Part shown: positions 11,967-25,069 of the stretch, one piece after another
How the letters are laid out: each line of letters begins with the position of its first letter
How positions within the stretch are numbered: the first letter of the stretch is position 1
Assembly (NCBI RefSeq): GCF_001194135.2
Contig: NC_069006.1
Location: 3,557,823 to 3,599,153 of the forward strand
From: Octopus bimaculoides
Lineage: Eukaryota
Length of the DNA: 41,331 nt
Direction of reading: 5' to 3'
Made by a program: the position numbers and the translations under genes
Notes under the pieces: generated by a model
Database searches by the model: none
Told to the model about the DNA's origin: nothing
What the model saw: the letters and a program-made list of their open reading frames with translations, nothing else

Positions 11967-13614
11967 TATATATATATATATATATGGATACACACACACA
12001 TATATATGCATATAGTTTATAGATTAGAGACAAGCTTTCTTTGTATGGGATACACTTTGCAGTGCTCAAGAGATTTGAATTTGAGCAGGTAGAGGAGTAA
12101 ATGTAAGGACAAGCAAGTTAGGCAAGTCGATATACAAACAATATTAAATATATTTAATACAAAAAATGTACATGTGTATACATATAAAGGAGTTGAGTAT
12201 GAGTTTTACTCAATCAATCTCTTAACGTAGTTCTTGGGGAGATAGAGTGTGACATGGCTGGCCCTTTGAAATACAGGTACAGCAGAAACAGGAAGAAAGA
12301 GTGAGAGAAAGTTGTGGTGAAAGTGTACAGAGCCTCGCGGAGATTTAGGTGTTTTCGCTCAATAAACTGCAACGCTCAGTCTGGGAATCGAATCCTGTGA
12401 CCGCGAGTCCCATGCCCTAACCACTGGGCTATTGCGCCTCCACTACACACACACATGTTCATGACAAGCTTCTTCCAGTTCCCATTTACCAACTATCAGC
12501 CACCCTTTTTATGTATCTATAATTACTTCTGTACTTTCTTGTATACACTATATGCGTGTGTATGTGTGTGTGCATTCACAAGTATTTTACATCCATAGAA
12601 TCTATAGATCTATATATATACATATAAACAATCTATAAATGAAATTGAAAAATTGAATTCCTTTTGTTGTGTGATAAACTACTTTGTTGACACTGTGCTG
12701 ACACTATTTGGCAATGCTTCTTATTCAATACTGCATATTGATGATGATGATGATGAAGATGATGATGATATTGTCACTACGTTTGCCTGTCACACATTAT
12801 TGACACTGCTTTGTTCAAAGTATCTAATTTTGGAGATTAATTTAATGCTCCACAACAATTCTTCAGTCCTATCTGCATTAAATACCCCTTACACAGGCAC
12901 ATTCAGTTACCCCACCACCACCACCACCACCACGCAGGTGCAGGTATGGATGTGTGGTAAAGATGTTTGTTTTGCAATCGTGTTGTTTAGAGTTTAGTCC
13001 CACTATGCAGCACCTTGGGTGAGTGTATTTCAACAGGAATATGGTAACAAAAGGGTTAAAGGGATCTAAAGTAAAATCTTCTATCCAAACTTTGTTTATT
13101 CAGGTTCCAAATCCCAGTTTAATAATGAGTTATTTTGCTAAATTCTTCATTTTCAAACCTAATTGAAATAAACTTGGTGTGAGTTTTAAAAATATGGTTG
13201 TGAAAAGGGCTAAAAAACAAAAAAAAACCCCCAGTTTCGGAAAAACGCAACTGTCACTATCACCTTTTTCAAATATGACCACTTCTCATCTAGGGTGAAC
13301 CTTACATCTATTCAGTACAATTACTGTTTACTGCCAACCTTGGATAGAGCCGGTTCCTGTTAGTTACTAACCTACTTCCAAGGTGGTGTGATATCTTCAA
13401 TGAAAGATCTGACCAGATTTGAGTAGGTTTTTCCCAACAATACCTGGGTATGCTTAACTTAATTAACACAGTTACCTATTTATGTCACAACCAGACCTCC
13501 CCTTATTCCACCCACTCAAATGCTTAACACTGCTTTGATATAAATTGATATTGACATTAGATTACAAATCACTTTTAATCTTATCTCTCTCCTTCTTTCT
13601 CTCTATGTATGATC

Positions 13615-14260
<646 letters not shown>

Positions 14261-14405
14261 TACGTGGTCTGATCAATAAGTATCCGGACTGTTGCCATAG
14301 TAATGAAGCTAAAGCACACAGACTGGAGCCACTTGGTACAGATTGACCTTGAACTCTGCTGTGGATGCACACTGAGTTTTAGCGTTCTAGACCACTTCTG
14401 TTCGT
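14261..14405 (+). mobile_element. Second copy of the same mariner left end (non-coding part only)
   Basis: TACGTGGTCTGATCAATAAGTATCCGGACTGTTGCCATAGTAA is identical to 39066 onward, and similarity continues for about 140 bp. Inserted at a TA at the end of a (TA/TG) tract. Confidence 0.7.
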
Positions 14406-14650
14406 GTGGCACATAAAAAGCACTATCCGAATGTGATCAATGCCAAGAGTGCCTGACTGGCCATCATGCTGGTGGCATGTAAAAAGCACCATCCGAACAT
14501 AGCTGATACCAGTGCCCCCTGACTGGCTCCCATGCCGGTGGCACGTAAAAGGCACTATCTGAACGTGATCGATCCCAGGGCTGCCTGACTGACTCCTGTG
14601 CCAGTAGCACACATAAAGCACCCACTACACTCTTAGAGTGGTTGGCGTTC
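14405..14650 (+). repeat. About 61-bp tandem repeat (about 4 units) belonging to a SINE-like family
   Basis: The unit GGCAC(A/G)TAAAAAGCAC.ATCCGAA..TGATC..TGCC...G.TGCCTGACTGGC recurs at about 14408, 14469, 14539 and 14605. The following CACCCACTACACTC..GAGTGGTTGGCGT also occurs, without the array, at about 19050 and 31280. Confidence 0.7.
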
Positions 14651-15201
14651 TGCTGAAAATAGCAACCAAAGGACTCATAAATCACATGCTTCAATAAAAG
14701 CTATTGTATCAAACAATACATTTCCTGGTATGGGAATGACGAAATCATTAGACATGCAACACCTTTCTATCAACTTTGACCTGAGATCACATGACAGTGT
14801 CATAAGGTATTTGGTTTTGAGTTATTGAAGGAAGGACTTTGCATGGTCATATTAACTGCTAAAAATAGCAGCTTAATTTCACACATACCACATGCTACTG
14901 TCTTAAATTGGAAAATGTCACCAAGATACACACACACACACACACACACACATATATCTTGAGGACAACTGATGAAGGGATTTTTTTTTTATGTTGCCTG
15001 TTTCATTTCTCTATTTGTTTCTTTCATTGTCTGAAAAAAGTTCATATTTCCATGTTTTTGTTGTTTTTTTATGTTCTCGTTTTTCATTTTGTTTACGTTT
15101 TTTTGATGTCCTGTACCCATATTTGCATGAATATATACATATATATGTAGGTATGTACAAAAAAAAATATATTATTTATTTTATTTTATATATATATATA
15201 T

Positions 15202-15585
15202 AGGCGTAGGAGTGGCTGTGTGGTAAGTAGCTAGCTAACCAACCACATGGTCCCGGGTTCAGTCCCACTGCGCGGCATCTTGGGCAAGTGTCTTCTACTA
15301 TAGCCTTGGGCCGACCAAAGCCTTGTGAGTGGATTTGGTAGACGGAAACTGAAAGAAGCCTGTCGTATATATGTATATATATATATGTATGTGTGTGTTT
15401 GTCCCCCCAACATCGCTTGACAACCGATGCTGGTGTGTTTATGTCCCCGTAACTTAGCGGTTCGGCAAAAGAGATCGATAGAATAAGTACTAGGCTTCTA
15501 AAGAACAAGTCCTGGGGTCGATTTGCTCGACTAAAAGGCGGTGCTCCAGCATGGCCACAGTCAAAAGACTGAAACAAGTAAAAGA

Positions 15586-15587
<2 letters not shown>
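15202..15587 (+). mobile_element. tRNA-derived SINE family A, full-length young copy with internal microsatellite
   Basis: tRNA-like head (TGGCTGTGTGGTAAG...GGTTCAGTCCC), CORE-like CTTGGGCAAGTGTCTT, internal (TA/TG)n and 3' end GACTGAAACAAGTAAAAGAG. Many copies occur in the window. Confidence 0.85.
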
Positions 15588-15648
<61 letters not shown>

Positions 15649-15817
15649 TGTGTGTGTTCCTTCATCTAATGTTTTTCAAATAAACATGCACACATAATTT
15701 AGTAAGAATTTGGTTCAACTTCCATGCAACTTAGTTTTGGGGGCTTCTAAACTAAGCCTAGCACTTCAAGCTTAAGTCACTTAACCAAACTGTTATGAAA
15801 TAATATTTGTAACTCCT

Positions 15818-16035
15818 AAGGCGGTGAGCTGGCAGAAACGTTAGCACGCTGGGCGAAATGCTTAGTGGTATTTCGTTTGTCATTACATTCTAAGTTCAAA
15901 TTCTGCCAAGGTCAACTTTGCCTTTCATCCTTTTGGGGTCGATAGATTAAGTACCAGTTGCATACTGGGGGCGATCTAATCGACTGCCCCCCCCCATCCC
16001 AAAAATTTCGGGCCTTGTGCCTTGAGTAGAAAAGA
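15818..16035 (+). mobile_element. SINE family B, solo copy
   Basis: AAGGCGGTGAGCTGGCAGAAACGTTAGCACG...CCTTTCATCCTTTTGGGGTCGAT...GGGCCTTGTGCC. Confidence 0.8.
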
Positions 16036-16339
16036 ATATATGTATGTCCTACAAAATGTGCTGGGTGCTACTTTCTTCCATTTGCCCACTAACTCATATG
16101 TATATATGTGTGTATATGCACACACACACACACACATGTATATATATATATATATATATAAACACACAGACATACACATATATATACATATATATTTATA
16201 TGTATGTATGTCTATATATTTATATATTCATATTTATATACACATATGTCTATATATTTATATATTCATATATATACATACATATATCTATGTATATCTA
16301 TATATATATTTGTATATATGTATGTCTATATATTCATAT

Positions 16340-16580
16340 ATACATATATATATTTATTTTGTTTTTGGATTTGGTTTGTAAGATTCTTTATGTGAGTTTG
16401 TGTGTTGAAGCATATTTTGTTGTCTGGGGAGGGTGATTCTCTTTTAGTGTCTTATAATTTAACACACTCACTGGTAAAATTTCCACTCATTTCTTTCTTT
16501 ATTGTTCTAAAATTTTCGCTGCATCTTGCCACCTTTTCAATAGTTTTGACTCTGTCCGTTATTCACACTGCGTACTTCTT
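16340..16580 (-). mobile_element. Possible Penelope-like GIY-YIG endonuclease C-terminal relic
   Basis: The minus strand reads RWQDAAKILEQ / ERNEWK...V.IIRH across frameshifts, similar to the W..AKIL..E.....R...E...I tail of PLE endonucleases. Ends in a TA-rich tract. Confidence 0.4.
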
Positions 16581-16737
16581 GTTTGTTTGTGTGCATGTAT
16601 GTAGGTCAGTATGTGTGTGCATACACATGCATGTATGTATGTAGGCATGCATGTGTGTGTATGCATGTATGTGTGTGTGCATATGTATGTATGTATGTGT
16701 GTACATTATGTATATATTCTGCATATTCATGTTTGTG

Positions 16738-16772
<35 letters not shown>

Positions 16773-17810
16773 GCAACTGTACCGTGTTTGTATGTATGGA
16801 TGTGTATCTCCATATTTGTGGACACGTGTCTCCATATGTGTCCTTGTATGAAGTAAAGAGTGTGTATATGGTCATGTATTTCACTCTCCATTTGCGTATG
16901 TGTGCTTGTCTGTTCATATAACCTATGAACCTATCCGTCTGTATGTTGATCTGTTTACTTTCATATCCATATGCTTACATACATGTGCATATACACATAT
17001 ATACATACACCTCCCCACACACACATACAGCTATCTACATAACAGCCCACTAACTATTCTACTCTACCTGTGTAAACTGTGGGTGTGGATGTATGATATC
17101 TACTATGTATATTTCCNNNNNNNNNNNNNNNNNNNNNNNNNNNNNNNNNNNNNNNNNNNNNNNNNNNNNNNNNNNNNNNNNNNNNNNNNNNNNNNNNNNN
17201 NNNNNNNNNNNNNNNNNNNNNNNNNNNNNNNNNNNNNNNNNNNNNNNNNNNNNNNNNNNNNNNNNNNNNNNNNNNNNNNNNNNNNNNNNNNNNNNNNNNN
17301 NNNNNNNNNNNNNNNNNNNNNNNNNNNNNNNNNNNNNNNNNNNNNNNNNNNNNNNNNNNNNNNNNNNNNNNNNNNNNNNNNNNNNNNNNNNNNNNNNNNN
17401 NNNNNNNNNNNNNNNNNNNNNNNNNNNNNNNNNNNNNNNNNNNNNNNNNNNNNNNNNNNNNNNNNNNNNNNNNNNNNNNNNNNNNNNNNNNNNNNNNNNN
17501 NNNNNNNNNNNNNNNNNNNNNNNNNNNNNNNNNNNNNNNNNNNNNNNNNNNNNNNNNNNNNNNNNNNNNNNNNNNNNNNNNNNNNNNNNNNNNNNNNNNN
17601 NNNNNNNNNNNNNNNNNNNNNNNNNNNNNNNNNNNNNNNNNNNNNNNNNNNNNNNNNNNNNNNNNNNNNNNNNNNNNNNNNNNNNNNNNNNNNNNNNNNN
17701 NNNNNNNNNNNNNNNNNNNNNNNNNNNNNNNNNNNNNNNNNNNNNNNNNNNNNNNNNNNNNNNNNNNNNNNNNNNNNNNNNNNNNNNNNNNNNNNNNNNN
17801 NNNNNNNNNN

Positions 17811-18140
17811 CTTAGACCCTATCTTTCTGATCATATCCAGAGAATTGCATGTGGTGCATGAAGTTCTGTATATGTTTTTTCATTTCATAGGGTTTGCATA
17901 GTGGGGAGATGTTGTTCATTATCCTAAGTCTGCTATCAGTATGTTAATTTTGATGTTGTGTGACAAAGCTGAATTCTTGTGAACAACATATTTTGAAGCT
18001 ATGGGTTTCATGTAATAGGAGTGGAGGAACTGCGCTCTGTTGTTCACAGTCTCTAACCAAAGTTCAGTGTTGAAAGCGAACTGTTGCAAACATGTGATTG
18101 GACAATACATGTATCTAGTTTGGCAAGCCACTGGACCATG
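17811..18140 (-). mobile_element. Degenerate Penelope-like element, RT thumb/linker fragment
   Basis: The minus strand reads TELWLETVNNRAQFLHSYYMKPIASKYVVHKNSALSHNIKINIL, then after a frameshift RIMNNISPL...FMHHMQFSGYDQKDRV. This resembles the PLE pattern Y.K......SA....K..L.....R...N.S.......MQ.SGY. Abuts a gap. Confidence 0.6.
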
Positions 18141-18224
18141 TGACTCTATAGAAAGAAAAGATCTGGTGAGCCCATTCTGCCGTATTTAAGCTTAAACAAC
18201 CAAACATAGTAAAAGCAAAACACA

Positions 18225-18450
18225 CTTCTGGCAGAACCGTTAGCACGCCGGGCGAAATGCTTAGCGGTATTTCGTCTGCCGCTACGTTCTGAGTTCAAAT
18301 TCCGCCGAGGTCGACTTTGCCTTTCATCCTTTCGGGGTCGATTAAATAAGTACCAGTTACGCACTGGGGTCGATATAATCGACTTAATCCGTGTTTGTCT
18401 GTCCTTGTTTGTCCCCTCTGTGTGTAGCCCCTTGTGGGTAGTAAAGAAAT
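18225..18450 (+). mobile_element. SINE family B variant, young (CpG-rich) copy
   Basis: GGCAGAACCGTTAGCACGCCGGGCG...GCCTTTCATCCTTTCGGGGTCGATTAAATAAGTACCAG, with a different 3' end (GTGGGTAGTAAAGAAATA). Confidence 0.8.
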
Positions 18451-18560
18451 AACACTTCTGCTACACTTTCCTTTGTGATTTTGCTACCAAGCAGGTGGTT
18501 GGTCAAACTTTGCTCTAAATTAAAAAGAGTGAGAGAATGAACAAGCACACACTTTCCATG

Positions 18561-18819
18561 AAGTAGTTGTATGCTGTCAACTTAATGTGACAGTCCCCTG
18601 AAGGGAATAATACTACTGCTATTTGGCCCTAGGAAGCTGCACCGCTTCCTGTCGGCCTTGACACATTTCCTGTGTCCTTATCTCTCCCCCTTGTAAACAT
18701 AAGGACACAGGAAATGTGTCAAGGCCGACAGGAAGCGGTGCAGCTTCCTAGGGCTAAATAGCAGTAGTATTATTCCCTTCAGGGGACTGTCACATTAACT
18801 TGACAGCAAACAACTACTT
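18561..18819. mobile_element. Foldback/MITE: 121-bp inverted arms with a 17-bp spacer
   Basis: Arm 18561-18681 versus arm 18699-18819 shows 3 mismatches by manual comparison. No clean external TSD. Confidence 0.85.
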
Positions 18820-20094
18820 AGTTGTATCACTACTGCATAAATCCCTCTGAGAGATTTAGAAATGTATTATTTCTAAAAAAAGCTTTTTCCAGTTTCTGTC
18901 TTCCAAATCCATTCACAAGGCTTTGGTTAGAGCAGGGCTACAGTAGAAGACACTTGCCCAGGTGCCATGTAGTAGGATTTGAACCTGAAATCATACCTGC
19001 ACCTTCACACCTCCATTTTGTAAAAAGCCCTGGTGCTGGTGCCATGTAAAAACACCCAGTACACTCTGTAAAGTGGGTGGTGTTAGGGAGGGCATCCACC
19101 TGTAGAAGCCCTGGCAAAACAGAAAATTGAAGCCTGGTGCAGCTTTCCGGCTTGCCAGCCCTTGTCAAACCATTCAACCCATACCAGCATGGAAAATAGA
19201 CATTAAATGATGATGATATTACTGAAACTATGCAGGGATAACCCAATTTGCTGCAGATCATAGATCAGAAATTAATAAGGAATATATAGTCCAGTCTTTC
19301 TTGTCCAAATATTCATTAGCAGGGTGTGATTTGAGAGAGACTTCATTGCTGTTTTTTTTTAGCAGTCCAAGGAATAAAGCAACGTGTCAGTTTTCTACCA
19401 AAACATGTTTGTGTTTGTTGAGACAAATGTTTATATTTGGTTTATTATGTATTGATTCTGTGTCCTACTTTGAGGTTTGTTTATCTTTTTATGTTAGTCA
19501 AGGGTTAGACTTGATCTGGCAGACCTATTGATCAAAGACGTTCCAGCTGTCACCGTCTTGCCCCTTTATACAAATAGGCTGTATTATCCAAGTTGTCTTT
19601 CATTTTCTTCAAACTGGTTTGATACCAGTCCACCTAAGACTGCTTCTAGTTCTATGCTACAAATTTCCTGTTCAAAAATGATCTCAATTCAAATCTTCCA
19701 TCAAATTTTCACATTATGTTTCAAGCAGCAATTTAATAACGGCAAAGTTATTTTGTTAAATTCATTATTTTAAAAATTAATCGAAACAAAGGCAGCATAT
19801 TTCATCAGAAATATTATTACAAAGGGGTTAAAGTTATCTAAATTAAAGACTTTCCATCTAAATTTCCTGTTAATTTATTTCAAACACAGCTTAATAACGA
19901 TAAAGTTATTTAACTAAATTTTTCATTATTTTCAAAGTTAATTGAAATAAAAGCAATGTATTTCAACAGAAATATGATAACAAAAGAGCTGTGGTTTATA
20001 GGAGATTTGGCTGCTATTTCTAGCTTGTTGAGTGATCTTGTTGATATTTCCTTATTTTATGATAGAAATGGTTGGATTTTCATTACTATTATTA

Positions 20095-20949
20095 TTAACA
20101 TGGTTAACTGGTAAAACCATTAGTGATTTGGACAAAATGCCTTGTGGTATTTTATCTGGCTCTTAATATTTTGAGTTTAAATCCCTGCAAGGCCAACTTT
20201 GCCTTTCATCATTTGAGGGTCAATATAAGGACCAGTTGAGCCCTGGAGTCAATGTCATTTGACTAGCCCCTACCCTAAAATGTTTCAGGCCTTCTGCCTA
20301 TAGTAAAAAGGATTATTATTATTATTATTATTATTCAGTAGTTTTATTTTATAACATGCTTTTACTTCACTACCGAGCGCAGCTCTGTGCGCCTTGGGTA
20401 TGTGCTGTGGTTTGCTGTGGTGCTCTTATGGTTACTGTATTGAAAGTGTTTTGCGTAGGATGTGTGCAGTGCCCAGTAGTGCAATTTTCTGTATGTTATA
20501 TATATTTGTAAGTCCTGGTGTTTTTGTTATGTATTTGTCTGAATATTTTTTTATTATACCTAAGGCTATTATTATTATTGTTGTTATTATTATTAAGGCA
20601 TCTTGTCTGTCTTTATATTTTGAGTTCAAATCCCGCCAAGATTGACTTGGTCTGTTATCCTTTCAGGGTTGATGGAAGGAAGTACCAGTCAAGTACTGGG
20701 GTTGATGTTATTGATTTCTCTCTCCCTTTAAGATTACTAGAACTGGCAGAATCCTTAGCATGCTGGGTAAAATGCTTAGCGGCATTTCAGCTGGCCTTAT
20801 GTTCTGAGTTCAAGTTCCACTGAGGTCAACTTTGCCTTTCATCCTTTTGTGGTCGATTAAATAAGTACCAGTTATGCACTGGGGTCAGTGTAATTGACTT
20901 AATCCCTTCCCCCAAATTTGAGGCCTTGTGCTTCTTTGTAGAAAGGATT
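20095..20949 (+). mobile_element. Array of SINE family B copies separated by (ATT)n, interrupted by the second R4-like fragment
   Basis: Units at about 20095-20315, 20575-20730 (partial) and 20735-20949. Confidence 0.75.
20336..20566 (-). mobile_element. Short 3' fragment of a second R4/Dong-like non-LTR element
   Basis: The minus strand reads ALGIIKKYSDKYITKTPGLTNIYNIQKIALLGTAHILRKTLSIQ-stop (20432-34), the same C-terminal motif as the 6636 element. It is followed by a different ~95-nt 3' UTR and sits between (ATT)n tracts. Confidence 0.8.
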
Positions 20950-21350
20950 CAGACACTTTCCTCTTTGCCCAAACCCTTATCAACTTTTTCAAGTTTCACT
21001 TGAAAAGGAAGTTGAGGGTGGAGAAGGTGTTGCCTTGTAGCAAATTTGTTGAAAGGTGATTGAATGTTGGCAGAATGGCCCTTGTGAAAGGTCCAGTTCT
21101 GAGCAGACACCCGTAAAAAGAAAACAAAAAAAAAAAAGAAGGGTTCTTGCCCTGTTGTTCAGACACCTGTGGATCTTGTGGGTTTTCCACGAGGACCTTA
21201 AAGTACATCCCCTATTGAGAGTTTTTGTATTTAACATTGTATACATGTGAAAACCCATTGTATCGTCCTGTTTTTGTCTTTTATGTTGTTGCATGTCTTT
21301 TAATGTTTTGTATGTGAGCTCTTGTAGTCAATAAAAGAATGAATTATTAT
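20950..21350 (+). mobile_element. Probable L1/Tx1-clade LINE 3' end (ORF2 C-terminus, 3' UTR, AATAAA, simple-repeat tail)
   Basis: Reads DTFLFAQTLINFFKFHLKRKLRVEKVLPCSKFVER*LNVGRMALVKGPVLSRHP-stop, then a T-rich UTR, AATAAA near 21330 and an (ATT)/(ACT)n tail. Clade assignment rests on recalled similarity only. Confidence 0.45.

Positions 21351-21410
<60 letters not shown>
21345..21410. repeat. (ATT)n/(ACT)n trinucleotide repeat
   Basis: Direct inspection. Confidence 0.95.
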
Positions 21411-21529
21411 AAGCCAAAATGGTAAATATTTATTAAATATATGAAAAAAACAAAACCAAACTGAAATAAAAACATTTGTGTTTTTAATCAGAAAAATTTG
21501 AAAACTGTACTCAGTAGTCTGTCTGTCTG

Positions 21530-21564
<35 letters not shown>

Positions 21565-22266
21565 TACACACGGTGAGTGCAGGTGTGGCTATGTGGTTAA
21601 GAAGCTTGCTTCCCAACCATGTGATCTTGGCTTCAGTCCCACTTGGCAGCTGTTTTCTACTAAGGCCTTGGCTCAATCAAAGACTTGTGAGTGGATTTGG
21701 TAGATAGAAACTGGAAGGACCCCACTGTATCCTTGTGTGTGTTTGTGTGTGTGTCCTTGACATCATGTGATGGTTGTAAATGAGCATCATCATCATCATC
21801 AAACAAACGAGGTTGTTCATTCCCAGTCTCTCATGAAAGACCATGGGGAAGTATTACCTTATTTGGAAACAGGTTGGGGTTGATGACAGGTAGAGCATCC
21901 AGCTACACAAAATCTACCTCAACGAATTCCATCTGACCCATGCAAGCATAGTAAAGTGGATGTTAAATGATGATGATGTGTGTGTCTTTGTATTTGTCCC
22001 ACTATCACTGCTTGACAACTTGTGTTGGTTTGTTTATGTCCCTCCTAGCTTAACAGTTGGGCAAAAAGAGACTGATAGAACAAGTACCTGACTTAAAATA
22101 AGTACTGGGGTTGATTTTTTTTTTCATCTAAACCCTCCAAAGTGTTGCTGCAGTCCAGTAACTGAAACAAGTAAAAGACAATAAAGAACACACACACATA
22201 CACACACACTCCAATTTCTCATAATCTTTACTAAATTATAAATGTACATTTTAGGTTTAAAGTAAC

Positions 22267-22303
<37 letters not shown>

Positions 22304-22501
22304 TTTTAGCATGTATGCTGTAAATCCAAGAGTACTATAGGCATGTTATGATTTCTGGGTGCATATACCTAGATGTGAGAAATAGACTTTTCCGGGTGGG
22401 GATACCTGGATGTAAGGGATTGTTGTATACAGTAGACCAACACTGTATCCAGGAGGGCATATTTCTCTCTCATCTGTTTGAAGAAAAATTCATGTAAAAA
22501 G

Positions 22502-23175
22502 TAGGCGCAGGATGGGCTGTTTGGTAAGAAGCTTGCTTCCCAACCACATGGTTCCAGGTTCGGTCCCACTGCATGGCACCTTGGGCAAGTGCTTTCTACT
22601 ATAGCCTTGGGCTCACCAAAGCCTTGTGAGTGGATTTGGTAGACGGAAACTGGAAGAAGCCTGTCGTATGTATGTATTTGTATGTCTGTGTTTGTCCCCC
22701 CAGCATCGCTTGACAACCGATGCTGGTGTGTTTACGTCCCCGTAACTTACTTGTTTGGCAAAAGAGACCGATTTGCTTGACTAAAGGCAGTGCTCCAGCA
22801 TGGCCACAGTTACATGACTGAAACAAATAAAAGAATAAGTTTAGGTATGGCTGTGATTAAGAAGCTTGCTTTGCAACCACAAGGTTTCACGTTCAATCCC
22901 ACTGCACAGCACCTTGAGTAAGTGTTTTCTATTATAATCCTAGGTTGACTGATGCCATGTGAATGAATATGGTGGATGGAAACTTTGTGGAAGCCCACAT
23001 GACAACTGATGTTGGTTTGTTTACATCCCTATAGTTTAATGGTTTGGCAAAAAAGACAGAATAAGTACCAGACTTAAAAAAAAAAAGTGCTGGGGTTGAT
23101 TTGTTTGGCTAAAACCTCTTAAGGTGGTGCCCCAGCATGACCACAGTCCAATGACTAAAGTAGATAAAAGATAAG
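22502..23175 (+). mobile_element. Two tandem SINE family A copies (first with an internal deletion)
   Basis: 22502-22838 joins AAGAGACCGAT directly to TTGCTTGACTAAAGG, lacking the segment seen in other copies. A more diverged copy follows. Confidence 0.75.
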
Positions 23176-23312
23176 TGCTGGTTCTGTGGAGGTTGTTGAT
23201 CTATTTTTTTGTATGGTTGTTTTGCTTCCATCATAAATTAAGGAACCCCCATGCTTTCCATTTTCTGCAACAATCCATCTTTTATTCCTTACCTATATGT
23301 GCATGCATGCAT

Positions 23313-23361
<49 letters not shown>

Positions 23362-23594
23362 TACGCACGCACGCACACACACACACACACACCTGCATAA
23401 ATTANNNNNNNNNNNNNNNNNNNNNNNNNNNNNNNNNNNNNNNNNNNNNNNNNNNNNNNNNNNNNNNNNNNNNNNNNNNNNNNNNNNNNNNNNNNNNNNN
23501 NNNNNNNNNNNNNNNNNNNNNNNNNNNNNNNNNNNNNNNNNNNNNNNNNNNNNNNNNNNNNNNNNNNNNNNNNNNNNNNNNNNNNNNNNNNNNN

Positions 23595-23661
<67 letters not shown>

Positions 23662-25069
23662 CTCCTGCATCACTGATATTGAATTAATCCTCCTCTATCT
23701 TTTGGGTTATTTCAATAACTTATTAATTTTCTTCGTTAAGTTAGCTACTTTGTTCTCCTAATTACTCTAAACCCACGCCAAGTGGATATTACACTAAGAT
23801 CAGACATGTTAATCCAATTAACTGCTTACTGACCAATTAGTGGTAATTAGACAAGCTTTCGAGGCCAATTTTCTCTCTTGTCACTCGGAGAATCGTGTAC
23901 TTGTTAAATTAGATGTTGAGGCATCATTGTTTCAAGTTCAAATACTGGTGATGGCAGCTGATGACACATTGTACTTTTAGAAATAGTAATTTGAGTATCA
24001 GTAATTAACAAGGGTTCATTTAACTAACTGTCCACTCTTTTGATTCTAATTTGGTTTTTATGTCTCAGAAATGAAAAACAGTCCAGCACCTAGGTATTAA
24101 TAGATGTATTGTACAGTACCCGGCTATTAGTATGGCAGTACAGTACCCCTAGCTGTTAGTATGACAATCAACACCCCTAGCTGTTAGCATGACTATAGTA
24201 CTTGTTACAAAGGGAGATGATTCATGTTCTGTTTCCCCCCCCTCCCATTGCCAACATTCTGGAATAGTCACTGGAGGTCACCATTGTTCCTGACATGGCT
24301 GCATGATTGAGAAGTTTCTTTTGCAATTACGTGTGGGTTGGGTTTTATCTCACTGTGAGAGCAGAAACTGAACCATATGGTTATGAAACTTTGAACTGAC
24401 CAATATCTTGCGAAAGAAGTTTGTTTTATGGAAACTGAATGGAAGCCCATTGTGTGTGCACATGCGTGAGTGCTTGAGTGTGTGTGTGTGTATATATGCA
24501 CAGGAAATGAAATCTTCTTCCATGCAAGTAGACATCCTCATCATCATTCAATTTCCCCTTTTCTTTGCTCATATGGGACAGACAGAATTTGCTGAAGTGA
24601 ATCTTGAACAGCTGGATACCCAACCTGTCACCAACCCTCACCTGTTTCCATGTAAGATAATATTTTCCCATGACTGGACATGTTCTTGGAAGATTGGAAG
24701 TGAAGGCCACCACTTCCAAGTCAGTGATATTTGCTTACAATTCTTTGTACAAATATATAAAAAAAAATAAACAAAACAAAAAAAATGAAGTTGAAAATGT
24801 ACTTGAAGTTCTTTAATTTTTCTATATTTTCTCATCTGCTTCTGTGAATAATTCCTTATATGGAAAGGTAATTATTATCATCACAATTTGCCCAAAGTTG
24901 TTTCTACAGTTTTACAACTTTATATTAAGTCATTTTTTTTTTTAGCAAAGGGTTCAGTTATATAATTTTTACAAAATTCCAAAATATCGTCTTATATTTC
25001 ATGAAAATTAGAATTTTGGTAGTTGTGGTGGGGGTTAATTTTAGTCCCTTTTTTTCTTTGATAAAATTT

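Noticed and set aside
15202-15270. tRNA-like A/B boxes (here and at other SINE heads)
   Set aside because: They continue into SINE bodies, do not give a full cloverleaf and occur in many diverged copies, so they are not tRNA genes.
18564-18827. TAGTTGTAT as a 9-bp Mutator-type TSD
   Set aside because: The left copy lies inside the inverted arm rather than outside it, so it is not a clean TSD.
23175-23260. MLVLWRLLIYFFVWLFCFHHKLRN as a possible CTDNEP1 exon 1
   Set aside because: It is hydrophobic but starts in a SINE tail, has no matching donor site and shows no real similarity to the expected N-terminus.
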